A stretch of 57,447 nt of DNA from a virus (taxonomy: Duplodnaviria > Caudoviricetes). The notes under the pieces are model-generated. The model did not search any database. It saw only the letters and a list, made by a program, of their open reading frames with translations, and was not told where the DNA came from. How positions within the stretch are numbered: the first letter of the stretch is position 1; every line of letters begins with the position of its first letter. Where the stretch lies: positions 1-57,447 of IMG/VR virus record IMGVR_UViG_3300009702_000029; one strand, written 5' to 3'. Positions 1 to 8,660 of this stretch are shown one piece after another. The translations under genes were made by a program, and so were the position numbers.

Positions 1-862
1 AGATACCGACTCTTCTGCTCAAGCCAAATCCTTCACAGGTTATGGTTTAGCTGAAAGTGTTGTAAGAGATTCTCGTGGTTCTATTCTCGATGAAGACCAA
101 CTTGAAGATGATGGACGAATCGTCGTTGAGAATTTCGGTATGCCGAATCTCATGATGCTTGATACTAAGGTCCATTCGGACTTAGCTCGTCAGTTTTATC
201 CCAAAGAACGTGTAAATCCCATGGGTATTGCCAACGGCAAAGCTGGATTCGTTCTTCAACAATTCGTATCCAGTGCAGGAGCTTTTGATCTAGTATCAGA
301 TGTATTCCTTCGACCTAAGCGTGGTAATAGCCCTTCAACTGGAGCCCCTGCAGCTCCTGGAGCACCCACTGCCGCAACTGTGGCTCCTTCTGTAGCTGAT
401 TCTAAATGGTCTGCTGCCGAAGCTGGAACTTACAGTTACGTAGTTGCCGCTATCAATAAGGAAGGCGAATCGACGCTGTCTACTGAAGGCAACACTGCCG
501 TCGCTGCTGATGGTGCCATTACTGTTGCAATCCCTGCTACCGCTGGTGCGCATGCTTATGCAGTTTTCCGAGCCCCTGTTGGAACTACCGCTAATCATGA
601 GCTTATCGGTTTTGTTGCTCCTGCAACTGTCGGCGGAGCTGCAACTCTTACTGACTTGAACCATAAGCTTCCGGGCTTGGCTCAGTCTTACTTGCTCTCT
701 AATGAGTCAGAAGTAATGAGATTTAAGCAATTAGCTCCATTGATGAAAATGGATCTTGCAATCATCGCTACTGCGTATCGATGGATGCAACTGCTTTATG
801 GTACGCCGGTTGTATTTGCCCCGCGCAAATGTCTTGTAAGAGAAAATATCGGCAGAGCCTAA
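1..862 (+). CDS. Major capsid protein, SPO1/Twort (Herelleviridae)-like, 5'-truncated by window edge
   Basis: Frame is open from base 2 (DTDSSAQ...RDSRGSILDEDQLEDDGRIVVENFGMP), so the 140 start is internal. C-terminus QLAPLMKMDLA...LLYGTPVVFAPRK resembles the phage K/SPO1 capsid C-terminus. Has an Ala/Thr-rich Ig/FN3-like insertion (GTYSYVVAAINKEGES) and is followed by a strong terminator. Confidence 0.85.
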   Translation, partial: DTDSSAQAKSFTGYGLAESVVRDSRGSILDEDQLEDDGRIVVENFGMPNLMMLDTKVHSDLARQFYPKERVNPMGIANGKAGFVLQQFVSSAGAFDLVSDVFLRPKRGNSPSTGAPAAPGAPTAATVAPSVADSKWSAAEAGTYSYVVAAINKEGESTLSTEGNTAVAADGAITVAIPATAGAHAYAVFRAPVGTTANHELIGFVAPATVGGAATLTDLNHKLPGLAQSYLLSNESEVMRFKQLAPLMKMDLAIIATAYRWMQLLYGTPVVFAPRKCLVRENIGRA

Positions 863-886
863 GTCTTTGTAATATTTAAATGAATT

Positions 887-921
887 AAAGGCTAGATTCT
901 TCGGAATCTGGCCTTTTCTTT
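887..921 (+). terminator. Rho-independent terminator after capsid gene
   Basis: Stem AAAGGCTAGATTC / GAATCTGGCCTTT with cUUCGg tetraloop, followed by a T-rich tail. Confidence 0.9.
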
Positions 922-952
922 ATGCAATAGGTCATTGAAAGTTATTTGATAA

Positions 953-982
953 TTGTAATTCATAAACTAGGTATGTTATATT
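953..982 (+). promoter_or_regulatory. Putative sigma70-type promoter (TTGTAA-18-TATATT, extended TG)
   Basis: TTGTAA at 953-958 and TGnTATATT at 974-982, lying between two terminator-like hairpins. Confidence 0.45.
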
Positions 983-986
983 ATAA

Positions 987-1072
987 GAGATATAGCGCAA
1001 TGCTGTATTAAAGACTTTCATGTCTTATCTCCCTACCCTTAGCCCCTGGGGGTTCTCCTCAGGGGCACTTTT
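987..1072 (+). ncRNA. Candidate structured small RNA
   Basis: Promoter upstream and no + strand ORF. Hairpins TATAGC/GCTGTA and AAGAC/GTCTT are closed by GAGA/TCTC, followed by a C/U-rich linker and a terminator hairpin. Confidence 0.45.
1042..1072 (+). terminator. Rho-independent terminator
   Basis: Stem GCCCCTGGGG / CCTCAGGGGC (1042-1066) followed by ACTTTT. Confidence 0.7.
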
Positions 1073-1079
1073 ATATCTT

Positions 1080-1109
1080 TTGCAAAGCAATAGTTTTTCA
1101 TGATAAAAT
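1080..1109 (+). promoter_or_regulatory. Putative promoter (TTGCAA-18-TAAAAT, extended TGATAAAAT)
   Basis: TGATAAAAT at 1101-1109; same motif recurs before other transcription units. Confidence 0.55.
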
Positions 1110-1145
1110 AAGTAATAATAGACTCATAAATTTGGAGAGTTAAAG

Positions 1146-1355
1146 ATGGAAAAACAAGTAAAATGTCCCCTTTGTAAGGTGGAATCTAATATTGATGATG
1201 CAGAAGGTCAAAATACTCATAGATGTCCTGCTTGTAGAAATTTAGTTAGACTAGTAGAGTGCAATATTGAAAAGAAGGAAATAATTAAAGAAGAAAAGGC
1301 AGTTAAAAAAGCCAAGAAAAAGAGATCCAAAAAGAAGAAAGCGGATGAAAAATAA
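1146..1355 (+). CDS. Small zinc-ribbon protein with basic tail
   Basis: CPLC...CPAC pairs, Lys-rich C-terminus, GGAG RBS. Confidence 0.7.
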   Translation: MEKQVKCPLCKVESNIDDAEGQNTHRCPACRNLVRLVECNIEKKEIIKEEKAVKKAKKKRSKKKKADEK

Positions 1356-1671
1356 GGAATTCAAGACAGACCAACTTGCAGTCTGTCCTTATATTCTATT
1401 AAATGGCCTTAAATATTTGAGGTCGGAAATCTCTTTGGGTAAGTATGATAAACCTGTGGTAGTATTTGTATTTGAAGACCCGCATGGCGTGGGCAAAGAT
1501 CTTGAACTTGATTTTGTCAGAAGTGATTTTAAACGATATAGAGATACTTTGTTTTTCTTTCGTAACGAAATTGAAAAACTCATGAGAAAGATTGATCATG
1601 TTAATCTCAAAGAACGACGAAAGAAAGATGAAAAATATATTGATGAACATGGTGACATTAAGGAAGGCTAA
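1345..1671 (+). CDS. Hypothetical protein (DUF5659-like)
   Basis: Overlaps upstream gene. The FKTDQLAV.PY.LLNG...VFVFED pattern resembles small phage DUF5659-type proteins (from memory). Confidence 0.55.
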   Translation: MKNKEFKTDQLAVCPYILLNGLKYLRSEISLGKYDKPVVVFVFEDPHGVGKDLELDFVRSDFKRYRDTLFFFRNEIEKLMRKIDHVNLKERRKKDEKYIDEHGDIKEG

Positions 1672-1673
1672 AA

Positions 1674-2054
1674 ATGGGCGAAGAAAATAAAAAGTTGGGT
1701 TTGAATAATCATGCTAGAAGTCTTGGTTCAATTGCAAATGCCGAACATCATGATGCATCTGGTGTTGGTAAAGAAACAAGTGGAATTCCCGCAACTCCTG
1801 AAAACTTCTTTAATGATGCGATTGAGCATGCCGTCAAAGATTTTGCCTTATTACGAGTAGCTAACGATACTGGAAGCACCATTTATCTCTGGATTGGGGA
1901 AGCTGGAACCAATCCAACAGTAGACGCCACTAATGGCATAGCTATTTTAAATGGACAATCAGATATGATCTTTTTTGGAGCCTCCGGTACTAATAAGGGG
2001 CTGGCTTACAAATTAAGTGCAGCAGCACAAATTGTAGTTTTTAAACAAAAATAA
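1674..2054 (+). CDS. Putative virion/decoration protein
   Basis: AAGGAAGG RBS; small beta-rich protein in the head cluster. Confidence 0.55.
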   Translation: MGEENKKLGLNNHARSLGSIANAEHHDASGVGKETSGIPATPENFFNDAIEHAVKDFALLRVANDTGSTIYLWIGEAGTNPTVDATNGIAILNGQSDMIFFGASGTNKGLAYKLSAAAQIVVFKQK

Positions 2055-2090
2055 TTAGAAGCCCCCAAGGCTTCTTAAAAGGGGCTTATT

Positions 2091-2534
2091 GTGTCGATTG
2101 ATGATCCAATCAGAAAAAATCAAATAACCTCTAGGAATAAGATTGAACAGCAGGAGCACTGTGACGATGCGGCTGCGCGTAGAATAATTATTGTAGATCA
2201 TAATGGGAATATTCTAGGAGGAGTGAAGTCTGTAATAGATGAGTCTGGAAATATAATTTCTCCATTACAGACCAATATTACATTATCAAATGGGGTAGTT
2301 ACTGCAATTCGAGTAGGATCATCTAATTTAAATAAAAGAACCACGATACAAGTTCAAGTTAAAAGTGGAACAATCTGGTATGGATATATTAATACTATAA
2401 CCTCTGGAACCAATGGATCAGGTTTTCGCGCAACAAAAAATGATATAATCTCAGTTGATATTGGGCCAGAGAAAGATTTTTACGTAATTTCTTCAAATAA
2501 TACCACTAAAATCGCAATAGCGGAGCTTCCCTAA
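2091..2534 (+). CDS. Putative virion/decoration protein
   Basis: GTG start with AAGGGG RBS; beta-rich C-terminal part; TAATG overlap with next gene. Confidence 0.55.
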   Translation: MSIDDPIRKNQITSRNKIEQQEHCDDAAARRIIIVDHNGNILGGVKSVIDESGNIISPLQTNITLSNGVVTAIRVGSSNLNKRTTIQVQVKSGTIWYGYINTITSGTNGSGFRATKNDIISVDIGPEKDFYVISSNNTTKIAIAELP

Positions 2535-5500
2535 TGAGCAAGAAGCTTACCCATATTCATATAGATCCAGCCATACCTGATTTTACAGGAACCAATGTAA
2601 AGGAATATGATTATCTTGCTGCTCAGGGTCAAATGTCACGCGTATGCAGGATCTATGAGAATAGTTTATTAGTTACAACATACCATTTTGCAGAAGATGC
2701 AGTAGTAGGAGACGTAGCCCTTAGAGTGGATGTGATCAATGCTGGAACAGCGGAGGAAGGAGGGAGATCCTCACTTGTCACTGTTACTCAGGGAATGTTG
2801 GATTGCTCAGAATTACAAGCAAATTTGGCTCCAACGGACATTACCTTATCTAATAACACGGTATTAAATACGAGTCCAATAGGCACAACTATAGGGACAC
2901 TTAGTGCCATTGATCCTAACCCAGGCGATATGCACACCTTTTCAATAGTAAGTGATCCAGATAATAAGTTTCAGATTTCTGGAAATCAACTTCAGCTTAA
3001 AAATACGGTAGATCCTAATATAAGTCCCTCCCACCAAGTTACTGTAAGGGCGACGGACCAAGGGTCTCTAACCTTTGATAAATCTCTTGTAATATTTGTC
3101 ACTCAAATACAATTTGTAAATGATAAAGCTACATTATTTCAAGGAGATACAGCAAATACAGATATGGTAGGTCCTGCTTCAGATCTGATTTTACCAGGAA
3201 GTGGTAGTTTCACTATGTCAACTTGGATTAAAAAGAATAATCCAAAAGTAAAACCGACTGACATAGCTAATCTTGTAGTATGGTTAGATGCCTCAGATGA
3301 TACCACAATCACTAAAGATGCCTCCAATTTCGTATCTCAATGGGATGATAAGTCTGGAAATGGCAATAACATGGCACAGGCCACATCAGCAAATCAACCC
3401 GTATGGACTCAAGGATCTATTTCTGGAAAGTCAGTTATAAGATTTGATGGTACGGATGATAACATGAGCGTACAAACTAATGCATTTTCGGGAGACCAAG
3501 AGTATACAGTTTTTGCTATATTTAAAGCCGATGCATTTGGAGGCCCATTTAACTTAACAAGAACTATGTGGAGTATTGGTGTTGGTGGAGGCGGATCACG
3601 TAGACAGTCTATATTTTCTCTTAATAAGGGCACAAATGTAGAAGTTAATAGACTTGGGGCTTGGACAACCTTTGCTACAAGTTTAGTTCTAGATACTCCC
3701 ACAATGGCTACAGTTAGATATGATGCCGGAGGCGGCACAGACGAATTATGGATAGATAGCGTAGCCCAAGCTGTATCTAGTTCTTCAGCCGGAACATATC
3801 TTTTTAATAATGGAATATTTAGATTAGGCATCACAACAGTAACTAATAATCCAGCATATTACTCTGGAGATCTTGGAGAGATAATTCTTTTTAATCGAGC
3901 CCTAACTACCCAAGAGAGAACCGATATTGAAAATTATCTTAATGATAAATGGATTACACCCACCATACTAGAAGAGAGTCCGGCGGACGTTTCAGGTTTA
4001 TCTATGTGGTTTGATGCTGATGATGCAAGTACCATTACGTCATCTGCAGGAAAAGTATCTCAATGGGATGATAAGTCTGGAAATGGCAATCATGCCACGC
4101 AAGCTACACCCTCTCAGCAACCCACGGTGGTATCCAATGGGTATGGAACTAGAACGACAATTGCCTTTGCTGATCCCCAAGGTTTAACGACAACTTATAA
4201 CACAGGGGCGGATTCCACTATTTTTGCTGTATTTTTTCATAATCATGGAGCAGTTCAACCTACGGGTCCGGTATGGTTGGTAGATTCTACATCAAATGCT
4301 AATGGCTTCTTTCCCAAATATGTGGATGGAAATCAATATGTGGGAGTTGCAGGAACTGTTTGGATGTCTAAAATCTCTACCTTTGCTAATAATACATTTT
4401 ATAATACAGCAGTAGTTTATGATTCTACCAGTCCTTTAACTGAATTATATGTAGATGGGGTTTTAAACGATAGTACAGCCTCAGCCGAAGATCCCGGAAA
4501 TAATTTCATGATTGGTAGAAGAGAAATTGGAAGCCTAACCCACAGCCTTGTGGGTCAAATAGCAGAAATAATTGTATATAATAAAGCTCTTACTACCGGA
4601 GAGCGGCAACTTGTAGAATCTTACCTAAATAAAAAATGGAATCAAGGTTTAAATTACGTATTGCCCAAAACTTTGATAGCTCTTCATCAAAATACTCCAA
4701 TAGTTAATCCCAAAGCTGAATTAAGATGGAATGAATCTGACACTCTTGAGCTGAGATACCACAATGGTACAGCTTTAAATACTATTAATGCTTTGGGAAA
4801 TTTTGGAGATAATGTTTATCATAATGTGGTGGCCAGATACGATTCTGTAGCGCAAAATATTGAGTTATATGTAGATAGCAGCTTAAAAAGCTCTGTAACA
4901 GATATTATTACTGCAACTGGAAATGCCCCTGCTAGATTGGGCAGTTTTGATGGAAATGCGCCATACTATGATGGATTAATGGATGAAGTATCGGTTTGGG
5001 ATACAGCGGCAGATCCGGTTCACATATATTTTGGCGGATTTTCTCAAGATTTACTATCTAACACAAATCTCACAGGTTTAAGATTATGGCTTAGAATGGG
5101 CGATCCTCCAGATGATTTTACTACATCTGGCGGAGTTATAGATGTAAGTGGAAATAACCTTAATTTCACAGCTAATTCCATGACGGCAACCAATTGTGTT
5201 TCGGATTCTGTAATTGCTATACCTGCTAATACCATTAGTGATTTGAATTCAGTAGAATATAATGGTATTGATCAGTTTTCTGTAATAGATGCTGACCCAA
5301 GTGGTGATTTATTTAATATGGCAGCCGGAACTACAGGATATCCATTTACAATATCGACATGGTTTAAAACTACCGCCCCAGCTACCGGAGATGATGATAT
5401 CTTACAAATACAAGGAGCTGCACAGAGTGAAGTCTACACTAGACTTCAAATAAGTGGCACAACTATAAGATTACAAATAAGAAATGCCCAATCAGGAGAC

Positions 5501-5989
5501 GATACAACTAATTTAGATATTGATATAGCCACTGGAGGGGCCGGAACAGATGGTAATTGGCATCATGTGGTTGCTAGTTTTATCAGTGCTACTGAAACAA
5601 GAATACGGTTTGATGGCGGCACTGTAATTGTAGCAGGTGGCAGGAATGTATGGAATAGGGAATTAATAGCTAATTTCACAATAGCTGCTAGAGATAGTTC
5701 TGGGGTAGTTTCCTCATATTCCTCTATAAGGAGCGGAGATACCGCAATTTGGAATGTAGCCTTGTCAGATGCCGCCATGCTTGAGATATACAACTCAGGT
5801 AAGAGTTATGATGTGCAAAAGAACGGTATTGATTATAAACAAATTGCAGACCTTCAAGCATTTTGGTTAATGGGGGATAGGTCGGGAGATGTCCATCCTG
5901 TAATTTCCGATGCTAGTGGCAACTCTTTAAATCTTGCTATGGTATTATTTCATCCATCTGCCGATGGTTTTGTAGTGGATGCACCTTAA
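2534..5989 (+). CDS. Large virion surface protein with cadherin-like and multiple LamG/concanavalin A-like domains
   Basis: Cadherin-like APTDITLS...IGTLSAIDPNPGD...RATDQG. Two W(L/F)DA.D.TI...SQWDDKSGNGN lectin-like repeats and further LamG motifs (DGNWHHVVA, GLMDEVSVW). Confidence 0.8.
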   Translation: MSKKLTHIHIDPAIPDFTGTNVKEYDYLAAQGQMSRVCRIYENSLLVTTYHFAEDAVVGDVALRVDVINAGTAEEGGRSSLVTVTQGMLDCSELQANLAPTDITLSNNTVLNTSPIGTTIGTLSAIDPNPGDMHTFSIVSDPDNKFQISGNQLQLKNTVDPNISPSHQVTVRATDQGSLTFDKSLVIFVTQIQFVNDKATLFQGDTANTDMVGPASDLILPGSGSFTMSTWIKKNNPKVKPTDIANLVVWLDASDDTTITKDASNFVSQWDDKSGNGNNMAQATSANQPVWTQGSISGKSVIRFDGTDDNMSVQTNAFSGDQEYTVFAIFKADAFGGPFNLTRTMWSIGVGGGGSRRQSIFSLNKGTNVEVNRLGAWTTFATSLVLDTPTMATVRYDAGGGTDELWIDSVAQAVSSSSAGTYLFNNGIFRLGITTVTNNPAYYSGDLGEIILFNRALTTQERTDIENYLNDKWITPTILEESPADVSGLSMWFDADDASTITSSAGKVSQWDDKSGNGNHATQATPSQQPTVVSNGYGTRTTIAFADPQGLTTTYNTGADSTIFAVFFHNHGAVQPTGPVWLVDSTSNANGFFPKYVDGNQYVGVAGTVWMSKISTFANNTFYNTAVVYDSTSPLTELYVDGVLNDSTASAEDPGNNFMIGRREIGSLTHSLVGQIAEIIVYNKALTTGERQLVESYLNKKWNQGLNYVLPKTLIALHQNTPIVNPKAELRWNESDTLELRYHNGTALNTINALGNFGDNVYHNVVARYDSVAQNIELYVDSSLKSSVTDIITATGNAPARLGSFDGNAPYYDGLMDEVSVWDTAADPVHIYFGGFSQDLLSNTNLTGLRLWLRMGDPPDDFTTSGGVIDVSGNNLNFTANSMTATNCVSDSVIAIPANTISDLNSVEYNGIDQFSVIDADPSGDLFNMAAGTTGYPFTISTWFKTTAPATGDDDILQIQGAAQSEVYTRLQISGTTIRLQIRNAQSGDDTTNLDIDIATGGAGTDGNWHHVVASFISATETRIRFDGGTVIVAGGRNVWNRELIANFTIAARDSSGVVSSYSSIRSGDTAIWNVALSDAAMLEIYNSGKSYDVQKNGIDYKQIADLQAFWLMGDRSGDVHPVISDASGNSLNLAMVLFHPSADGFVVDAP
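3332..4090 (+). repeat. Identical 36-bp direct repeat (3332-3367 and 4055-4090) in duplicated lectin-like domains
   Basis: GTATCTCAATGGGATGATAAGTCTGGAAATGGCAAT occurs twice. Confidence 0.9.
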
Positions 5990-5998
5990 GGAGATCAA

Positions 5999-6709
5999 AT
6001 GGCTGGACAATTATGGTATGCAATAGTAGATTATCCGTTATCTCAAAGTATTGAGAATGATGAAAATGTAACTCAAACTAATGATACCGTATCTATTATA
6101 TCCAATGACAGATCTAGATGCGTTATTAGTTTTCCAAATACGTATTCATTCTTGCATAAGAATTATGCGATATTTACCTCAGCCCAATCTATGCTAAGTT
6201 TTCAAACGAAAGATCCCAAAACTTGGGACCCAAATGCCGTATATGATCCCCCGAAGGACCAGGATGGGAGACCTATTGTAGCTCCTACCTTTGAAGATAC
6301 TCAAGGACTTACCACAGTTTGGAAAGGGCATCTTTACACTGCTCCTCCAGGAACGTTAAGCTTTTTTGATGTAGAAGTTACATCAGAATTAATGCTTAGA
6401 GGTGGGTGGTATGAGATTATAGATTTAGCTAATATCACTGTAGGAGATTACATAGAAATTTCCGTTATTGATAAAAACGATATTTTAGGCTATTTTGCAC
6501 TATACGGCCTAACAGTCGGTGTAGATATCCTTGAACTCAAGAAATTTGTTAGAACGGAATATATTAACCCCGATCCAAAAGGCATACCAGATTTCACATC
6601 AGCGGGGGCTTCACCAATTACTGCTGGATTATTTATGAGAGTTAGTTTTATGAATACTGGGACTAATTCGATCAGATTTAAAATAACGGAAAAATACCAT
6701 GAAATTTAA
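5999..6709 (+). CDS. Hypothetical virion-associated protein
   Basis: AAGGAG RBS; 236-aa ORF in the structural operon. Confidence 0.65.
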   Translation: MAGQLWYAIVDYPLSQSIENDENVTQTNDTVSIISNDRSRCVISFPNTYSFLHKNYAIFTSAQSMLSFQTKDPKTWDPNAVYDPPKDQDGRPIVAPTFEDTQGLTTVWKGHLYTAPPGTLSFFDVEVTSELMLRGGWYEIIDLANITVGDYIEISVIDKNDILGYFALYGLTVGVDILELKKFVRTEYINPDPKGIPDFTSAGASPITAGLFMRVSFMNTGTNSIRFKITEKYHEI

Positions 6710-6872
6710 AAAGAAATTCAAAATCAAAGGTAAGAGTATATTTGTAAGTGTTAATGGAAATACTCAAAATAAACTTGTAAAAAAGGCCAAGCTCAGTGAT
6801 AAGGGCATTACCCTAGAGGAGGCGCTCAAGAATTTTAAATACAGGAGAAAAACTAATGAAAAGGGAACATAA
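6699..6872 (+). CDS. Small basic hypothetical protein (57 aa, not in ORF track)
   Basis: ATG 6699 MKFKKKFKIKGKSIF...NEKGT*; fills the gap and overlaps both neighbours. Confidence 0.5.
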   Translation: MKFKKKFKIKGKSIFVSVNGNTQNKLVKKAKLSDKGITLEEALKNFKYRRKTNEKGT

Positions 6873-7134
6873 GGACCATTGTGGACCCTATTGGATGCCA
6901 CGTTGGATTCGAAGAATTTTAAGTAGTAAATTTAATGCGAGCTGCAAAATCCATGATTTAGACTATATTACAACTAGATTTACTAGAGATGAGGCTGATG
7001 CTAGATTTCAGGATCACATGAATAGGCAGGCTAAATCTAGTCTCAAATGGAGATTTATAGCCTTTTGCTATTATATAGCCGTAAGAGTGGGTGGAAAGTT
7101 CTCTTGGGGTCGAAAACCGAATAAGAGTGAGTAG
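6856..7134 (+). CDS. Small phospholipase A2-like / DUF1353-like protein
   Basis: CGP...C.IHDLDY...EADARF pattern (HDxxY plus downstream ADxxF); AGGAG RBS. Confidence 0.55.
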   Translation: MKREHKDHCGPYWMPRWIRRILSSKFNASCKIHDLDYITTRFTRDEADARFQDHMNRQAKSSLKWRFIAFCYYIAVRVGGKFSWGRKPNKSE

Positions 7135-7152
7135 GAATTTTAATAAACTTAG

Positions 7153-7161
7153 TGATACAAT
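7153..7161 (+). promoter_or_regulatory. Extended -10 promoter element TGATACAAT
   Basis: Intergenic; matches the recurrent TGATAnAAT motif. Confidence 0.5.
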
Positions 7162-7191
7162 AAATTATAAAGGATTCCCAAGGAAATAGCG

Positions 7192-7608
7192 ATGTCAGAT
7201 GAAAATAATGATCAAAATGTATTGTTAACTAATATTTATAGAGAAGTTGGAGAAACGAAGGTTTCTGTTGGAAATCTAGATAAAAAGGTTGATAAACATA
7301 TTGATTATACGCAGCAAGAGTTAAAAGCTATTAATGAGCTTGATGTAGAGCAAAATAGAATCTTAGATGCTCACATAGAAGGTGTTAATACTCTTAAGAA
7401 AATGCACTTAGCCCATAGAACAGAGAATCAACAAAGAATGCATATTTTGAGAGAATCTCTAGAACTTCAAAAAAAAGAATGCGATGCCCGAATTGGAGCA
7501 TTAGAAAGACCATATGACTTAATTAAATTAGCTGGAAAAATGTTAATATGGTTAGGGGGGCTCGCAACTGCAATTTACGCCATAGTTAGACTTTTCGGAG
7601 GATTTTAA
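7192..7608 (+). CDS. Coiled-coil membrane protein (holin/XhlA-like)
   Basis: Long coiled coil plus a single C-terminal TM helix (MLIWLGGLATAIYAIV); near the M15 peptidase. Confidence 0.5.
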   Translation: MSDENNDQNVLLTNIYREVGETKVSVGNLDKKVDKHIDYTQQELKAINELDVEQNRILDAHIEGVNTLKKMHLAHRTENQQRMHILRESLELQKKECDARIGALERPYDLIKLAGKMLIWLGGLATAIYAIVRLFGGF

Positions 7609-7609
7609 A

Positions 7610-7990
7610 ATGATTTTTCAACTTCAAATGCTAAATAGTGACGCAACGCTTAATGCTCTTTTTGATATTGATGTGGCAAAATTCTTGCCAGGTCAAGCCC
7701 TCACTTTAAATATGAGAATTCTTCAGCCCGAACGGCAGGGACTTAGATATGTACCGGCATCGGGAGTTACATTTTCAATGGACTTTAAGATGTCTGATGA
7801 CACGATAATTACAAAAACCCCTATCGTACTTGACGCAAGTGACAGGTCCTTAGTTACAGTTACCTTATCAACAGCAGAAACTACTTTACTTATTAGTCAG
7901 AATCTTACACTTGAGATCACAGAGGGAGCGACCACACATGTGGCAATTCTTCAAATGGCCCTTCAAGCCACAAAGATAAAAGGATGCTAA
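7610..7990 (+). CDS. Hypothetical structural protein
   Basis: GGAGG RBS; beta-rich 126-aa ORF. Confidence 0.6.
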   Translation: MIFQLQMLNSDATLNALFDIDVAKFLPGQALTLNMRILQPERQGLRYVPASGVTFSMDFKMSDDTIITKTPIVLDASDRSLVTVTLSTAETTLLISQNLTLEITEGATTHVAILQMALQATKIKGC

Positions 7991-7991
7991 A

Positions 7992-8396
7992 ATGGCCAAA
8001 AATGTCAAACTTTATAAAAAGGGCATAAAAACTAAACTCACAACTAATTTTGTCTCTACTGAATTTGACTGTAATTGTAAATATCCAGATTGTCAATGGA
8101 CTAAGATTGATCTTACTCATGTTGAAAAGCTCCAAGAACTTAGAAAAAAATTAAAAAGTCCTATAAAAATCACATCAGGATACCGTTGTGAAGAGTATAA
8201 TAAAGATGTTGGAGGAGCTTCCAAATCTCGTCATAAAGAAGGAGATGCGAGTGATCTTCAAGTTAGGACAAAAACTCCTGATCAAGTTGCAAATGCTGCT
8301 GAAAAACTGGTATTTGACGGTATTGGGCGGTATAACACTTTTACACACTTGGATTCTCGCGGATGGAATAGTCGATGGGATTTTAGGAAAAAATAA
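7992..8396 (+). CDS. Peptidase M15 (D-Ala-D-Ala carboxypeptidase/YcbK-like), probable endolysin
   Basis: NF...EFDC.C, ITSGYRC..YN..VGGA..SRH..GDASD, GIGRY.TF.HLD.RG Zn-peptidase motifs. Confidence 0.9.
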   Translation: MAKNVKLYKKGIKTKLTTNFVSTEFDCNCKYPDCQWTKIDLTHVEKLQELRKKLKSPIKITSGYRCEEYNKDVGGASKSRHKEGDASDLQVRTKTPDQVANAAEKLVFDGIGRYNTFTHLDSRGWNSRWDFRKK

Positions 8397-8397
8397 A

Positions 8398-8658
8398 ATG
8401 AAACCATATGAAACTATAGAAGAATGGAAAAGTGATATGGATATTTTTAAAAATAATCCTGAAGATACGCGATTTTTAGCATCAGTAGCAAATAGGCTGA
8501 ATCAATCTTCAGTTTCTATTCAAGAGGAGGTAAAAGAGATCGTCGAAGATGATATGTTTGAACAAGATCCATTAAGATATATGGATATGGTTTCTAGAAG
8601 ATCACCGGATACAGTAGTTATTATAAATACACTGGATGATCCTTGGTTTGAGGTTTAA
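8398..8658 (+). CDS. Hypothetical acidic protein
   Basis: Probable start ATG 8398 with AGGA RBS. The track ORF from 8188 overlaps the peptidase. Confidence 0.6.
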   Translation: MKPYETIEEWKSDMDIFKNNPEDTRFLASVANRLNQSSVSIQEEVKEIVEDDMFEQDPLRYMDMVSRRSPDTVVIINTLDDPWFEV

Positions 8659-8660
8659 AT

